Shown one piece after another: positions 1 through 12,155 of a stretch of DNA of 64,000 nucleotides (positions are counted from its first letter, which is position 1; every line of letters starts with the position of its first letter). Under the pieces are notes generated by a model. It searched no databases and had not been told where the DNA came from. It was given only the letters and a program-made list of their open reading frames with translations. The position numbers were made by a program, and so were the translations under genes. The DNA is from Heterodontus francisci (taxonomy: Eukaryota), in contig NC_090404.1 of the NCBI RefSeq assembly GCF_036365525.1, forward strand, positions 8,432,001 to 8,496,000. The letters run 5' to 3'.

Positions 1-953
1 AATCCATTGGAGGTTTCCTTGCCCAAGTTTGATCTGACGAAATGAGACCTCGTGGGGTCCGGAGTCAATGTTGAGTACTCGCAGGGCAACTCCCTCCTCA
101 CTGCATACCACTGTGCCACCACCTCTGGCAGGACATATCCGGGGATGGTGATGGCAGTGTCTGGGACATTTTCTATAAGGTATGATTCCATGAGTATCAC
201 TACGTCAGGCTGTTGCTTGACGATTCTGTGGGACATCTCTCCCAATTTTGGCACAGACCCCCAGATGTTAGTAAGGAGGACTTTACAGGGTCCACACGGC
301 TGGGTTTGCCATTATCTTTTCCCGATGGTCCGTCCGGTTTCGTTCCTTTTCGTAGACGTTTTAGCAGGTTGATGAAACTGAGTGGCTTGATATTCCATTT
401 CAGAGGATATTTCAGAGTCAACCACTTTGCTGTGGGCCTGGAGTCACATGTGGGCCAGACCAGGTAAGGACGGCACATTAGTGAACCTGATGGGTTTTTT
501 CAACAATCGGCAATGGTTTCATGGTCACCACCAGACTAACTTTTTAATTCCAGATTGATTTATTCAATTCAAGATTTATTAGTTGAATTCAAATTCCCCA
601 TCTGCCGTGGTTGGATTCCAACTAATATCCCTCGAGCGTTAGCCTGGGGCTCTGGGTTACTAGTCTAGTGACATTACTAGGAAGTCACCGCCCCCCACCA
701 CCCTTCCACCCCCACCACAACCCCTCCCCCAATCCCCCCTCCCTCCGCCTTCCACCCCTAGCCTTATTGAAGCAAAACGGCTGGTTTGAAAAAATCAGTT
801 AATTTAGTTTCCATCAAAATGACCGCTTGATCTGAATTGAGAAAAGACAAAGTTTGCCGCAGGAGAGAATAATTGGTTGAAAAGGCCCGTTCTGTCAGAC
901 TGCACTGCAAAACTTTACCTCATGGGGTAAAATTCGAAAATAATTGAGAATAT

Positions 954-1177
954 ATTAATGAACTTCCTGTCGCCCTGCTCTCTATCACTGTGTGTCTGTA
1001 ATCCTCACCATGTTCAGGTTTTTGTACAGCTCTCTCCCTGCTCTGTATCACTGTGCTGTAATCCCCACCATGTTCAGTTTCTTGTACAGCTCTCTCCCTG
1101 CTCTGTATCACTGTGGTCTGTAATCCCCACCATGTTCAGGTTTTTGTACAGCTCTCTCCGAGATCTGTATCACTGTG
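954..1177 (-). repeat. Tandem array of 23-bp-spacer recombination signal sequences (3 complete RSS + 1 heptamer-only copy), ~60-63 bp period
   Basis: CACAGTG heptamers (minus strand) at 1171-1177, 1109-1115, 1049-1055 and 986-992. Exact 23-bp spacers lead to nonamers ACAAAAACC (1139-1147), ACAAGAAAC (1077-1085) and ACAAAAACC (1017-1025). The last copy has no nonamer. Confidence 0.93.
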
Positions 1178-1483
1178 CCCCACGCCGACTCAATTCACAG
1201 TAATACACAGCGGAGTCGCTCAGTTGCAGTTTGGAGATTTTTAACCGGCTGATTTTTTCGGTAGGATCGATTGATGCAGAAATTCGTCCCCCGGCTGCGT
1301 TTTCATTATTCTGCTCTCCTGAAGTGTGTATCTGAAGCAGGTATTTCGGAGCCTGCCCTGGGGATTGACGGTACCAGTGCACTGTGTACTGACAGAACCC
1401 TGAATATTCGTAGCTTAAAGTAACAGTGTCACCGGCAGCAGCGGTTTGCAGAGGCGGACTCCGGGACACCAGGGAACTGGAAT
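1178..1483 (-). CDS. Supporting TCR Vdelta exon of the NAR-TCR cassette (leaderless; Cys23 replaced by Tyr, so function is doubtful)
   Basis: Acceptor ctgcag|AT at 1483; DSSSLVSRSPP...TLSYEYSGFCQYTVHWYRQ...DSAVYYCELSRRG. Non-canonical CDR1 Cys is typical of supporting Vdelta. Splices in frame with the phase-1 donor of the NAR-TCR J. Followed by a perfect 23-RSS. Confidence 0.88.
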
Positions 1484-2321
1484 CTGCAGTATGAAAATGC
1501 ATATTATTAATTGTTTAGCCGGTATTTAGGCGGAGAAACTTGTCAATCGCAGGAATAGTTATTGTTTTCGCTGTAATTTGCGTCATTTGAAGCCTGTTCG
1601 GAATTTATTCACCGTTATTGAGATATGAACCAGTGCGGAGATGATTTGTATTTTATGTTACACAGCAAATTGTTCTGATCTGGAATGCACTGTCAGAATG
1701 GGTGGTAGAAGCAGGTTAATATTAACATTCAAACGGTAATTGGATAAATGTTGGACCAGGAAAATGCACGGGTCACGGAGGAAAAGCAAGGGGGAGTGGG
1801 AACAATTGGACAGCACCTACAAAGACGATGGGCCGAATGGCGTCCCTCCATGTTGTATGATTCAATGATTCTATTCAATTTCTGTTTTTATTTTTCTTGG
1901 TGAAAAACAAACTGGAGGAAACATTTTAATATCAGTGAGAGAATCACTTTCCAAAAACTGTCTGTCCAAGAGTAACCCAGCTGTGTTATGTCAGTACGCA
2001 CAGTAAGATCCAACAGAGAGTAATGAAATTCATCAGCACAGATTGAGCGAAACTGACAGTGATCATCAAAGGTCATTCGTTTACAACAGTTCAACACTTC
2101 ATTTGAGCTCGTGTTTGCCTTTCACTCTATTTGTCTACTTTCTTCCATCAATGGGGCCCATTTGTCTCCATTGCCCTCTAATTTGAATAAAAAAATGAAG
2201 TTAGTTTCATTTAATTTCTACATTTACTTTGTGCTGTTTGCGGTTTTTGCCTTCATGGGAACTTGTCCCGAAGTCTCTCCGTTGTCAGTTGGGTTCAGTC
2301 TGTGCTGTTTCCTCAGTGGTG

Positions 2322-2607
2322 GATTAGATTAGATTGGAGATACAGCACTGAAACAGGCCCTTCGGCCCACCGAGTCTGTGCCGAACATCAACCACCCATT
2401 TATACTAATCCTACACTAATCCCCTATTCCTGCCAAACATCCCCACCTGTCCCTATATTTCCCTACCACCTACCTATACTAGTGACAATTTATAATGGCC
2501 AATTTACCTATCAACCTGCAAGTCTTTTGGCTTGTGGGAGGAAACCGGAGCACCCGGAGAAAACCCACGCAAACTGCGGTGCTAACCACTGCGCCACTGT
2601 GCCGCCC
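2322..2607 (-). mobile_element. tRNA-derived shark SINE (HE1-like)
   Basis: tRNA-like head GGGCGGCACAGTGGCGCAGTGGTTAGC on the minus strand and a CR1-like tail with (tctaa)n. Other copies at ~8630, 22509, 45005, 46430 and 59765. Confidence 0.8.
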
Positions 2608-3359
2608 ACTAAATTTATATTCCAACAACTGCCATGGTGGGATTTGAACCCGTGTACCCACGATAGTAACCTGGGTTTCTGATCCAGTGACATTACCACT
2701 ACACCACAACGCCTGCTGTTTTACTACTACTTCCGGATCACTGACAATTTCAATTTCAATTCCTTCAGCCCTGATTCACTTTTCACTCCTGTCTTCTCCA
2801 AGCGGAGTTTTCTCTGAATTTTATATTGTACTGAATCTGCAGAGCAGGAATAGACCATTCGGCCGAACTGTTCTGTACCAGTGTTTGTACTCCACACAAG
2901 CCTCCCCACGTCCGGACTCTATTTAACCATTTCCACCCTGAACCCTCTGTCCCTCTATTCAATTTTTCCTCCTTTTTTTTTCAAGTCGTCCCATAAATGC
3001 ATCAATCCGATCTCCTCCAACCACTCCATGTGGCAGCGAGATCCACATTCTGCCCTGTCTCTGGGTAAATGTATTCTGCTTAATTAATTTATTCCGTCAG
3101 TGACATCAGATATGAATCTCTCCTTGTTCTGGATTCACCCACAAAAAATAGTTTCTCCATATCCAGCAGTCCATAATTTAAAAACGTCCATGAAGTCTCA
3201 TTATTTTTCTCTGTTTTCCAGAGGAAAGAACCCCATCCTGTACAAATTTTCCAGATGGTTTTTGATATTTTTTTCAAAATTTCTCAGTTTTTCAGGAGGA
3301 ATATACGTTCCTCTAAGATACAAAAACCCAACAGGAAAGATGAATTAACCATAACTAAC

Positions 3360-5370
3360 AAAACAAGTTAAAGATTACATTAGATCAAAGGAGGTGGTTT
3401 ATAGGATTGCCAGAAAATTGTTAAACCCGAGGATTGGGAGCAATTTAGAATCCAGCAAAAGCTGAGCAAGAAACTGAGAAAGAAAGGGAAAAGAGAATGT
3501 GAATGCAAGCTAGTGAGAAACATAAGTGCAGACCGTAAAAGCCTCTCTTGGTATGTGAAAAGGAAAGGATCAGTAAGGACAAAACTGGGCCCATTACAAG
3601 CGGAGACAGGAGAATTTATAATGGAGAATAGGGAAATAGCAGAGAAACTAAACAATTACTTTCGGTCTGTATTTACGGAGGAAGATACTGAAAATCCTCC
3701 AGAAACACCAGGGAAGCAAAGGACTTGAGAAAATGAGGAACTTAAATGCCGTAGTATTAATAAAGAGGTAGCACTCGAACAATAAACTGGATTGAAGGTT
3801 GAGAAATTCCCTGGACCAGATGAGCTACATCCCAGAGTGTTGAAGGAGGAGACGACAGAGATTGTGGATGCATTGGTGATTATCTTTCAAAATTCTATAG
3901 ATTCTGGAAAAGTTCCCGCAGACTGGAAAGTAGCAAATGTAAACCCACTGTTTAAGAAAGGAGGGAGAGTGAAAACGGGGAACTATAGACCTGTTAGTTT
4001 GACGTCAGTAGTAGGAAAAATGTTAGAATCTCTTATGAAGGATGTGATAACTTGATATTTAGAAAATAACGTTATGATTGGATCGAGTCAACATGGATTT
4101 ATGAAAGGGAAATCATGTTTGACAAACCGGTTGGAGTTTTTTTTAGGAGTTTACTTGTAGCATAGATAAATGAGAACCAGTGGATGTGTGTATTTTGATT
4201 TTTAAAAAGCTTTTGATAAGGTTCAACACAGGAGATTATTAAGCAAAATTAGAATATGGGATTGGGGGTAATACGCAGGAATGGATTGAAAATTGGTTAA
4301 CAGAGACAAAACAAAGGATAAGAATAAATGGGTCATTCTCAGGATGACAGGCTGTGACTGGAAGGGTACCGTAAGGATCCGGGCTGGGCCGCAGCTGTTC
4401 ACAATGTATGTAAATGATTCGGATCTGGAGACCACATATAATGTTTCCACATTTGTTGATGACACAAAAATAAGTGGGAATGTAAGTTGTGAGGATGATG
4501 CAAGGAGGCGTCAAGAGATCTTCGATGAATGGGCAGGAACTTGGCCAACGGAATATAATGTGAATCAGTGTGAAGTTATCCACTTTGGTAAAAAAAAACA
4601 CAGAAAGACAGAGTATTTCTTAAATGGTTAGAAGTTGGGAAGTGTGTTGTCCAAAGGGACCTGGGTGTCCTTGTTCATGAGACACTTAAAGCTAGCATAC
4701 AGGTGCAGCAAGCAATTAGGAAGGCACGTGGTATGTTGGCCTTCATCGCAAGGGGTTTTGAGTACAGGCGTAAAGGCGTCTTGCTACAATTGTACATTTG
4801 AGATCGTACCTTGGGTATTGTGTACAGTTTTAGTCTCATCTAAGAAAGGATAGACATTCCGTATAGGGAATGCAACGGAGGTTCGCCAGACTAAACCCTG
4901 GGATGGCGGGATTATCCTATGAGGAGTGATTGAGAAAAGTGGGCATGTATTCTCTAGAGTTTCGAGGAATGAGAGGTGATCTCACTGAAAATTACAAAAT
5001 TCTTACAGAGCATAACAGGATGGATGGAGATAGGATGTTTCCCCTGGCTCGTGTGTCTAGAACTAGGGGACTTAGTCTCAGAATAAGGGGTAGGCCATTT
5101 AAGACTGAGATGAGGAGGAATTTCTTCACAAGGAGGGTAGTGTATCTTTGGAATTCTCTATCCCATAGAGCTGTGGAAGGTCAATCATTGAGCATGATCA
5201 AGACATAAATCGATTGATTTCCGGATACTAATCACATCATTGGATATGGGGATAGCACGGGAAAGTGGCGTTGAGGTAAATGATCAGCTATGATGTAGTG
5301 GAATGGCAGTGCAGGCTCGATGGGCTGAATGGCCTTCTCCTGTTCCATATTCCTATGTTCCTGTATTCCT
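3360..5370 (+). mobile_element. Decayed CR1-type LINE (RT fragments)
   Basis: ORF fragments [32 protein letters not shown] and RNFFTRRVV, broken by stops and frameshifts. Confidence 0.88.
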
Positions 5371-6961
5371 ATGAATGTAAGTAACCGAAGCTGATAATAT
5401 AGGAACATCAGTGATAGGAGCAGGAGTAGACTATTCCACCTTTCAAGTCTGCTCCGCCATTCAATAAGATCAAGGTTGATCATCTACTCCATCTTCTCGC
5501 ACTATCCCCAGGGCTTTTAATTCCTTTAGTATCCACAAATCTATCGAAAACTGCTTGGAATATACTGAACCACTGGGCATCCACAGCTCCCTAAGGTATA
5601 GAATTCCACAGAGTCATAACAAAGGTTTGACCGAAGAAAATTCTCTTCTTCTCAGTTCTAAATGACCAACCCCTTATTTTTGACTCTAACCCCAAGCTGT
5701 AGATTGAGGAAACACCGCCCCAACACCTACCCTGTCAAGGCCCTTAGGAAATTTTATGTTTAACGAGGTCATCTCTTATTCTTCGAAACACTACGGAATG
5801 TGTGCATAGTCTTGTCAGACTTTCCTCATCGGACTATCCTCTTATCCCAGGAATCAGTCTGGTGGACCTTTGTTTCACTCCCTCCAAAGCAAATAGATCC
5901 TTCCTTAAATAAGGTGATTAAAACTGTACACCGCAGTACCCTGGAGAACACCGGAGTTAACACTGCCCTTCCCTCCATAAACTTCACCCTTCACCCTGGT
6001 GTCGGATTGTACTTCGAACGGCTCAGAGTTCGTTTAATATTTCTCTCCATTTTGGTGAATTATTTTTTGCTGGTTCTCAATAGATTGTCCTCCAGTCTGT
6101 AGTTATTCCCTGGAGTGTTTCTGATCTCCTTTCTAAGAACATTAGCACCTCATCCTCAATCCCTCAGTGTTCAGTATTGTTCCAATTAACAGTTAGCAGG
6201 GATACAGTTAAATTACTCCAATCCAATCGCTCAAACATCAATATTCAATATAGAGAAGTATCTGGAACTGCAAACATTCGCATTCAGTCTGAGGGCGGAA
6301 AAGGAGGAAAATGATTGGATGAAGGCAATTGACGTAAACTTCATCCACAAAAAAACAAATTTCAGTCACTGAATCCCAATAATAAAATGCCATCTGGATC
6401 TACAACAGGATCTCTTGTACCTGAAGCCTGTTTTGTCATGTTGCCGTTTAACTGCTGCTGCAGATATCGGGCCGGCTGCTGTCGTGTAGTGTTCACTCTC
6501 CCTCTATTCACATTGCCCGGCTGGGACTACAACCTCCTCCCCGGGAGAGAGTTCTGTGACCCCGCTCATGTGCTCACAGGGACAGTCACATGGAACACCG
6601 AGAGCGGGGTCGGAGTATCGACAAACTGAGTTCATTTAGGAGTGAGGGAAAGAGAGTAAATCCGGAACGTTGATGGGATGCTCGGACATGCCCGTTAAAC
6701 CAGTGCTGATCCAGATGGAGTCACACCTACCCGGGCCAGACTGCCTGCTCTGTGGGGGTCTCAGATCTACTCACTCCAGAATCACACCCGGACCCGACTC
6801 CGGGTTCATATTCTGTTCCCCAATTTAAAACTGCAATGGAAAAGCTCTATTGGAAACCTCTGTGTTTTAGTTTGAAGGGGATTGAAGTGTTACTGTAAAC
6901 AATGATAAAGTGACGATGAACATTTTACAGATATGGCCTGTATGAGTTTGGAGTCAGTTAC

Positions 6962-7025
6962 CGGCTGTGACAGTCACCACCGTCCCGGATCCATACGCAG
7001 AATCACCCTTCAACTCATTATATAC
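6962..7025 (-). other. NAR-TCR J segment with 23-RSS
   Basis: Encodes ...NELKGDSAYGSGTVVTVTA (IgNAR-like YGxGTVVTV) with a G|GTAAC donor at 6961. Heptamer CACAGTG 7026-7032, 23-bp spacer, nonamer ACAAGAAGT 7056-7064. Confidence 0.93.
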
Positions 7026-7430
7026 CACAGTGACACCGCTACCAGTCACCCTGGTACAAGAAGTACCGACACCTCAATCTACCAGCCGCACATCACCAGA
7101 TAGTTGGCGATGCTCAATTATTCCAGGGGTTTTAAATCATTTAACAATATTCCCTTGTTTCACAATCCATATCTGTTCAAACTGCTCTTTTTGAGACTCT
7201 GAGCTCTTAGTGAAATGGCCCAGGAACAGGGGCCGGATTTGGGCGCTTGATATAAAAGGAGAATAATGTCAATGAATAATGTCAAAGAAAGCGAACTGAA
7301 AGGAGGAAATTACAGTGAAATTAAACCAGATTACATCGATAATAATATCAATCCTACAATTCAGGATCTGGACCTGGGGTATTTATATTTTGATTTTACA
7401 GAGGTATTTGCTCAGATCTCAAACACTGTG

Positions 7431-7446
7431 AATATCCCAGTAAATT
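7431..7446 (-). other. NAR-TCR D segment (AATTTACTGGGATATT) flanked by two 12-RSS
   Basis: GGTATTTGC (7403-7411), 12 bp, CACTGTG (7424-7430) on one side. CACAATG (7447-7453), 12 bp, ACAAAATCC (7466-7474) on the other. Confidence 0.93.
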
Positions 7447-7836
7447 CACAATGTTTCAAGTCAGCACAAAATCCCCCGGTACCGGGTGTGATGTGGGGAC
7501 ATTAGATAACAGCGGAGACTGCGGTTCCCGGTTCCAGCTGACAGATCAGGATCCCATCTGGTGTTAGGAATTTGGAACTGGGACCAGACATTCCCAATTT
7601 CCATTCACTGACACAAATCCCGGGAAAGACATCACCATCCGCATACACTCGGTATTTATAAAACTCAAGATGTTCACGGAAACAATCCAATAACATTATA
7701 AACGAGACTGTGGAGCAGATGGTGCGAGGCCGAACTGCAGGGTTGAACGGCAGATTAACTCCGTTTTTTGGTTTGTTTCTGTGAAAATCTGCAGTGAGAG
7801 CTTTTGTACCGCGGGAAGACGAGACCCATCACTGTG

Positions 7837-8302
7837 TTGTACCTGTACTCAGCTTGACAGTAATAGGTGGCGGTGTCTTCAACTTTCACATCCCGAATTT
7901 CCAGAGAAAATGTCTTTTCTGCCTTATTCAACGACACAACAAATCGGCCTCCGTCAGAGATCCGCTCCCGCTTTGTCCCGGTTTGGGTTTGTCTGAAGAA
8001 ATGTCCACTTCGGAATTCATAATCCCAGAACCCACCTTCATAGTAAACACAGTTGATGGTGAGAGACTGACACTCCTTCCTGGTCACCGCTGCCGGGGTC
8101 TGTGTCACTGACTGACTGAAAGAGCCTGGAAATTAAACAGAGAGAGTTTAATGAACCACACAACGAGGCTAAAACCCCAGACAGTGTCTATAATTCGGAT
8201 GGACTCGGGCAGCTTTATATTAAATCCACACAATGTCGGTTTGTTTGATCGGTACTCACGGGGTAAACAGACACACAGGGTGAAAACAAGGAGGATTCCC
8301 AT
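7837..8302 (-). CDS. NAR-TCR V gene (leader 8302-8260, V exon 8125-7837), apparently functional
   Basis: Leader MGILLVFTLCVCLP with GTGAGT donor. V exon SQSVTQTPAAVTRKECQSLTINCVY...ERISDGGRFVVSLNKAEKTFSLEIRDVKVEDTATYYC is IgNAR-like, lacks CDR2 and has an extra FR1 Cys. RSS: CACAGTG 7830-7836, 22-bp spacer, ACAAAAGCT 7799-7807. Confidence 0.93.
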
Positions 8303-11186
8303 CGTTCTGCTGCCTGGAGCTGATAGTTTCTATGACGGGGAGCTGGAGACTGCAGCCCTGGACTGCTCTGGGAGACTGCACCTCAGAGCTGGACTGAAAT
8401 ACTTGCGGGGGATCGAGTTGATTTGCAGAGGGCAGTGTCCCGGAGATCATTGATGGGCCGCACGTTTCCCTGGTCTCTGGCTGTGTGTGTTGTGTGAATA
8501 AGAGACAGGTTTAAAGAGGGAACGTGCAGTTTTCTGTCGCTTCATTGAGTCTGTGAGCCTGATGTGAAATCCCCTCCCACATTAGTCTGATGTACAGGGG
8601 GTGGGGCTGGGGGAGTTTTTTTAAAATTTAGAGATACAGCACTGAAACAGGCCCTTCGGCCCTTCGGCCCACCGAGTCTGTGCCGACCATCAACCACCCA
8701 TTTATACTAATCCTATACTGATTCCATATTCCTACGCCATCCCCATCTGTCCCTATCTGTCAGTAGAAGCTGCCGCCCTCCTTTCCCCCACAGTAATGAG
8801 CTGGGAGGTCGCTCCATGTGTTTTGATTGGGTGGTGTTTGTTGAGGGTGGAATGTGGGCCCAGGACACCGGGAGAATCCCCCCTCCCCGCTCTTGTTCCA
8901 ATAGTGCCGGGGATTCTTTAACATCTCCCTGAATGGGCTGTTGGGGCCTCGGTTAAACGTCTGATCTGAAGGACGGAGCCTCAGCCCCGGCAGCTTCCCT
9001 CAGTCCAGTAACTGGGGGTCAGGTTACAATATGAGACAGTCCAGTGACATTGTCAATATCCAGGCAGATATACACAATCTACACAAAGAATAAACTCTCC
9101 CTTTCATTTGAACACATGCCTCCTGAAGCCTCCATTCAGTGGTTTGTATTTAAAATGATGTTTGAATTCCAGGTCTGTAATGTTCAGAGTTTCCAGTTGC
9201 AGTGACAGAGAATGAAGAGATACTCAGAAGGACAATGGACATCGGGGGAACTATGTGCTTGGGACTTGTTTTAAAGATCACAGTCACTACCTTGTGCATT
9301 CCATTTATTTTGTATAAACTGTCTCCGCCCCACTCTGATCAAATAAATCTTGTGAACAGGCCGCGGTGAAAGGTTCCTGGAAACTGACGGGGAGACAGGG
9401 AAAGGACTGCTCAGTACAAAAGTGGAGTTGTGGAGCACAGCCCGGCTCACACATGGCCAATGGTTTCATGGATCTCGCAGCGCCTCCAGATGAGGCTGCC
9501 GCAGGGTCCTAATGTCCCCCTGAATACTAAACACTCATCTGCTTCATCAAAACATCATTAAAGACCACACACAAACTGTCTGCTTGATACGTAATTTTTG
9601 CACATCAAGTATTTATCCAATTGCCTTTTACTTTTGAATGTTATTATTGAATCTACTTCCACTGCTCTGTCAAATATAATAACTCTTAGCATAAAATTGT
9701 TTTATTTATAGAGCGGCTTTAACATAACGAAGCATCCCATCTACAGGTAGGGACAGAAATCTTGTTGAAATATGATTCTTGCAGAGGCCAATGTTGCGGA
9801 GTTCTTAAGGCACCGGCTGCACTAGCACTAACAGAGGAAGGAATATTAGTAATGTTAATAACACTCATGTTACTGCACAGCCCAATTTAAAGAGTCCACG
9901 AATCCTTGAAAATAATCTGAAGGAGAAATGATGAATGATTGAAGTTATTTCAATCCCCACTTCATGGAGGTTTTCATGAACTTGGTGAGGATGCAGAGGA
10001 GATTTAATAGACTGTGTACAGCTATGGGGGACTTGTGGAGAGGCTCGAGAAACCGCAGTTATTCTCTATATGTGACATAAGATTAAGGAGATTTAATTGT
10101 GAGGTTCAAAATTATATTGGGTTTTGATATAATAGATCGTGTGTAAGGAAGTTTGATATCCCAAGGACACAGATTTCAGGGAATTGCCACAAAAGACATG
10201 GGAGAGGAGATTTTTTTTAAAAGGCGATTTTCATGATTTGGAATGTACAGCCTGAAAGGGTGGAGGAGTCAGATTCAATCGTAATTTTCGGAAAACTGTA
10301 TATGTGCTTGAACGAGAAAAATGCAGGGCTGTGTGAGAGCATGGCGAGCACGTAAACCCTCTAGCAAGATTGCTAATTATGCAGCATTATTTGCTCAAGC
10401 GTTCCCTGGAGATGCTCATTCTACCCCTTACTACTACTCAAGGCCCCAGAGTCTGTCGTTCACTTATCCTGATAGAGCTGCCTCGTCTCAGAGTCCTGGC
10501 AGCATGGGAAGGAGTGGAGTTGGTAACATTAGTATGTATGGCTTAAATGGACCAACACCAACACCTCTGCCTTTATTACCTGGACAAACATACCATACTA
10601 CAGGAATGGCAGATGCAATCAGGCAACGGTTAGGATCACGATTTGCATGGGCTTTATCTGCTGCTCAATGCCCATCGTTATCTACCTCAAAGGGGCTTTC
10701 AAACTCCATCTCCCGCAATATGTCAAGCCTAAGGCGATAGCTCTTTCAAAGAGCGGGCGCAAATACGATGGGCCAAATGGTATCATTCGTGACTGTGTGA
10801 TCCAATGTTTCTTTTCGCTTCATTTCTCCCGCAAGTCAGTTGTTCCCAGTCACCTAAACAGTGATCAGGAGCAGCCTGGCAACAGAATTCTGCCATCCAA
10901 CTATCTCCCTTTCCGCTCCATCAACACTCTCACCGCGCAATCTCTGCGGTTCCACAGAATCTTGAGTTAACTCAAACTGGAGTTGGTGGCAGCAACGCCC
11001 ACAGCTTTAGTTTGCTGCTCGCTCTCTCTCTCTTTCTCTCTGATCTGCCTTGCCTGCCCCGTTTTGGAGATTGCTGTCGCTGGTCCTTGTTTGGTATTAG
11101 ATCGGCAGTGCAGTGTGGCGAGGATCTGTCTTCCTGCTCCGACAGAATATTTCCCAGACTGCAGAGTTACAGACTCCAGGACCACC

Positions 11187-11681
11187 ATGTGGAACCGTCT
11201 CTCGCTGCTTCTCATTATTATATCACTTCTCAGTAAGTATTTGCTTCCCAGTAAAAATCCATTCTCCACAGAGCTGTTAATATGGGTGAAATGATAGTGA
11301 TGATGGTGTTGATGGTTAGATTGATCGATATGGTATTGATGCTCATTGTGACTGTTACTATTCTTTGTATGTTAGAATGGAGCCACAATGTAACAGCCGG
11401 TTCTTGAAATGATGGTTGAAGGGGAAGGTAATATCACACTAATGTGTACCATGAAAACAAGCATTTCTAACGCTTTCTGTGCTCCCGTACAGTCAGCACC
11501 CCGGGCATCCACCACAGTACGTGTTTTATCTCTATGGAGTGATAGTACACCTGAACCCCTCTTCACTGACCGATCCTCTTCTACCTTTAGCAAAACTGCC
11601 AAGATTACCCAGCTAAAGATCCACAACGTCCTGATCTCTGGGACCGCTGTGTATTTCTGTGCCATCATGTGCCATGAGCCC
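11187..11681 (+). pseudogene. TCR Valpha/delta pseudogene (paralog of 20749 V)
   Basis: Leader MWNRLSLLLIIISLL 11187-11232; exon from 11376 has frameshifts and ends ...GTAVYFCA. Degenerate heptamer and no nonamer. Confidence 0.88.
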
Positions 11682-11737
11682 CACCCCGCTGCAGAGATGT
11701 CGCTGAGACCGGACTCACTGAGAGTTGCAGTTAGAGC

Positions 11738-11752
11738 TCACCAGAGGGCGCC
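11738..11752 (+). promoter_or_regulatory. CTCF-like motif downstream of V pseudogene
   Basis: TCACCAGAGGGCGCC matches the CTCF core consensus. Confidence 0.6.
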
Positions 11753-12155
11753 CTCACACCAATAAACAGAAGCAATAATTCAGCCTCCACTCTGAGATTC
11801 TCGGGAACCTTCTTAAAATTGCAATGAAGCACAGCAATCAACAGCCACAGCTGATGTCCACTTGTGCAGTTATATTAGACAGTGGTTACAACGCATATTT
11901 ATAAGAAAAATGAACTTTATATTTGATCACTGATGCCTTGGCTCCCTTTTTGTTTTTCTATGCCCTCCTCCTGTCCACTTGTTCCTCATTATCGCGTGGC
12001 TCCACTGTTTACCTAAAAGTGAATACATTTCCTTTTTCCGGTCTTCAGTTTAAAGGTTTAAAACCTTTGTTTCTGCTCAGAATTATAAATTCAGAACTGT
12101 TCTAATCGAGCAGGAGCTGTCAGATCAGGCCAATGGCTCAACACAGAATTCCTCG

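Noticed and set aside
954-1177. CRISPR-like repeat-spacer appearance
   Set aside because: Vertebrate DNA; the units are near-identical duplicated RSS with no unique spacers.
6420-6537. CACATTG plus a weak nonamer as a second J
   Set aside because: Poor nonamer, 13-bp spacer, and no GxG J motif.
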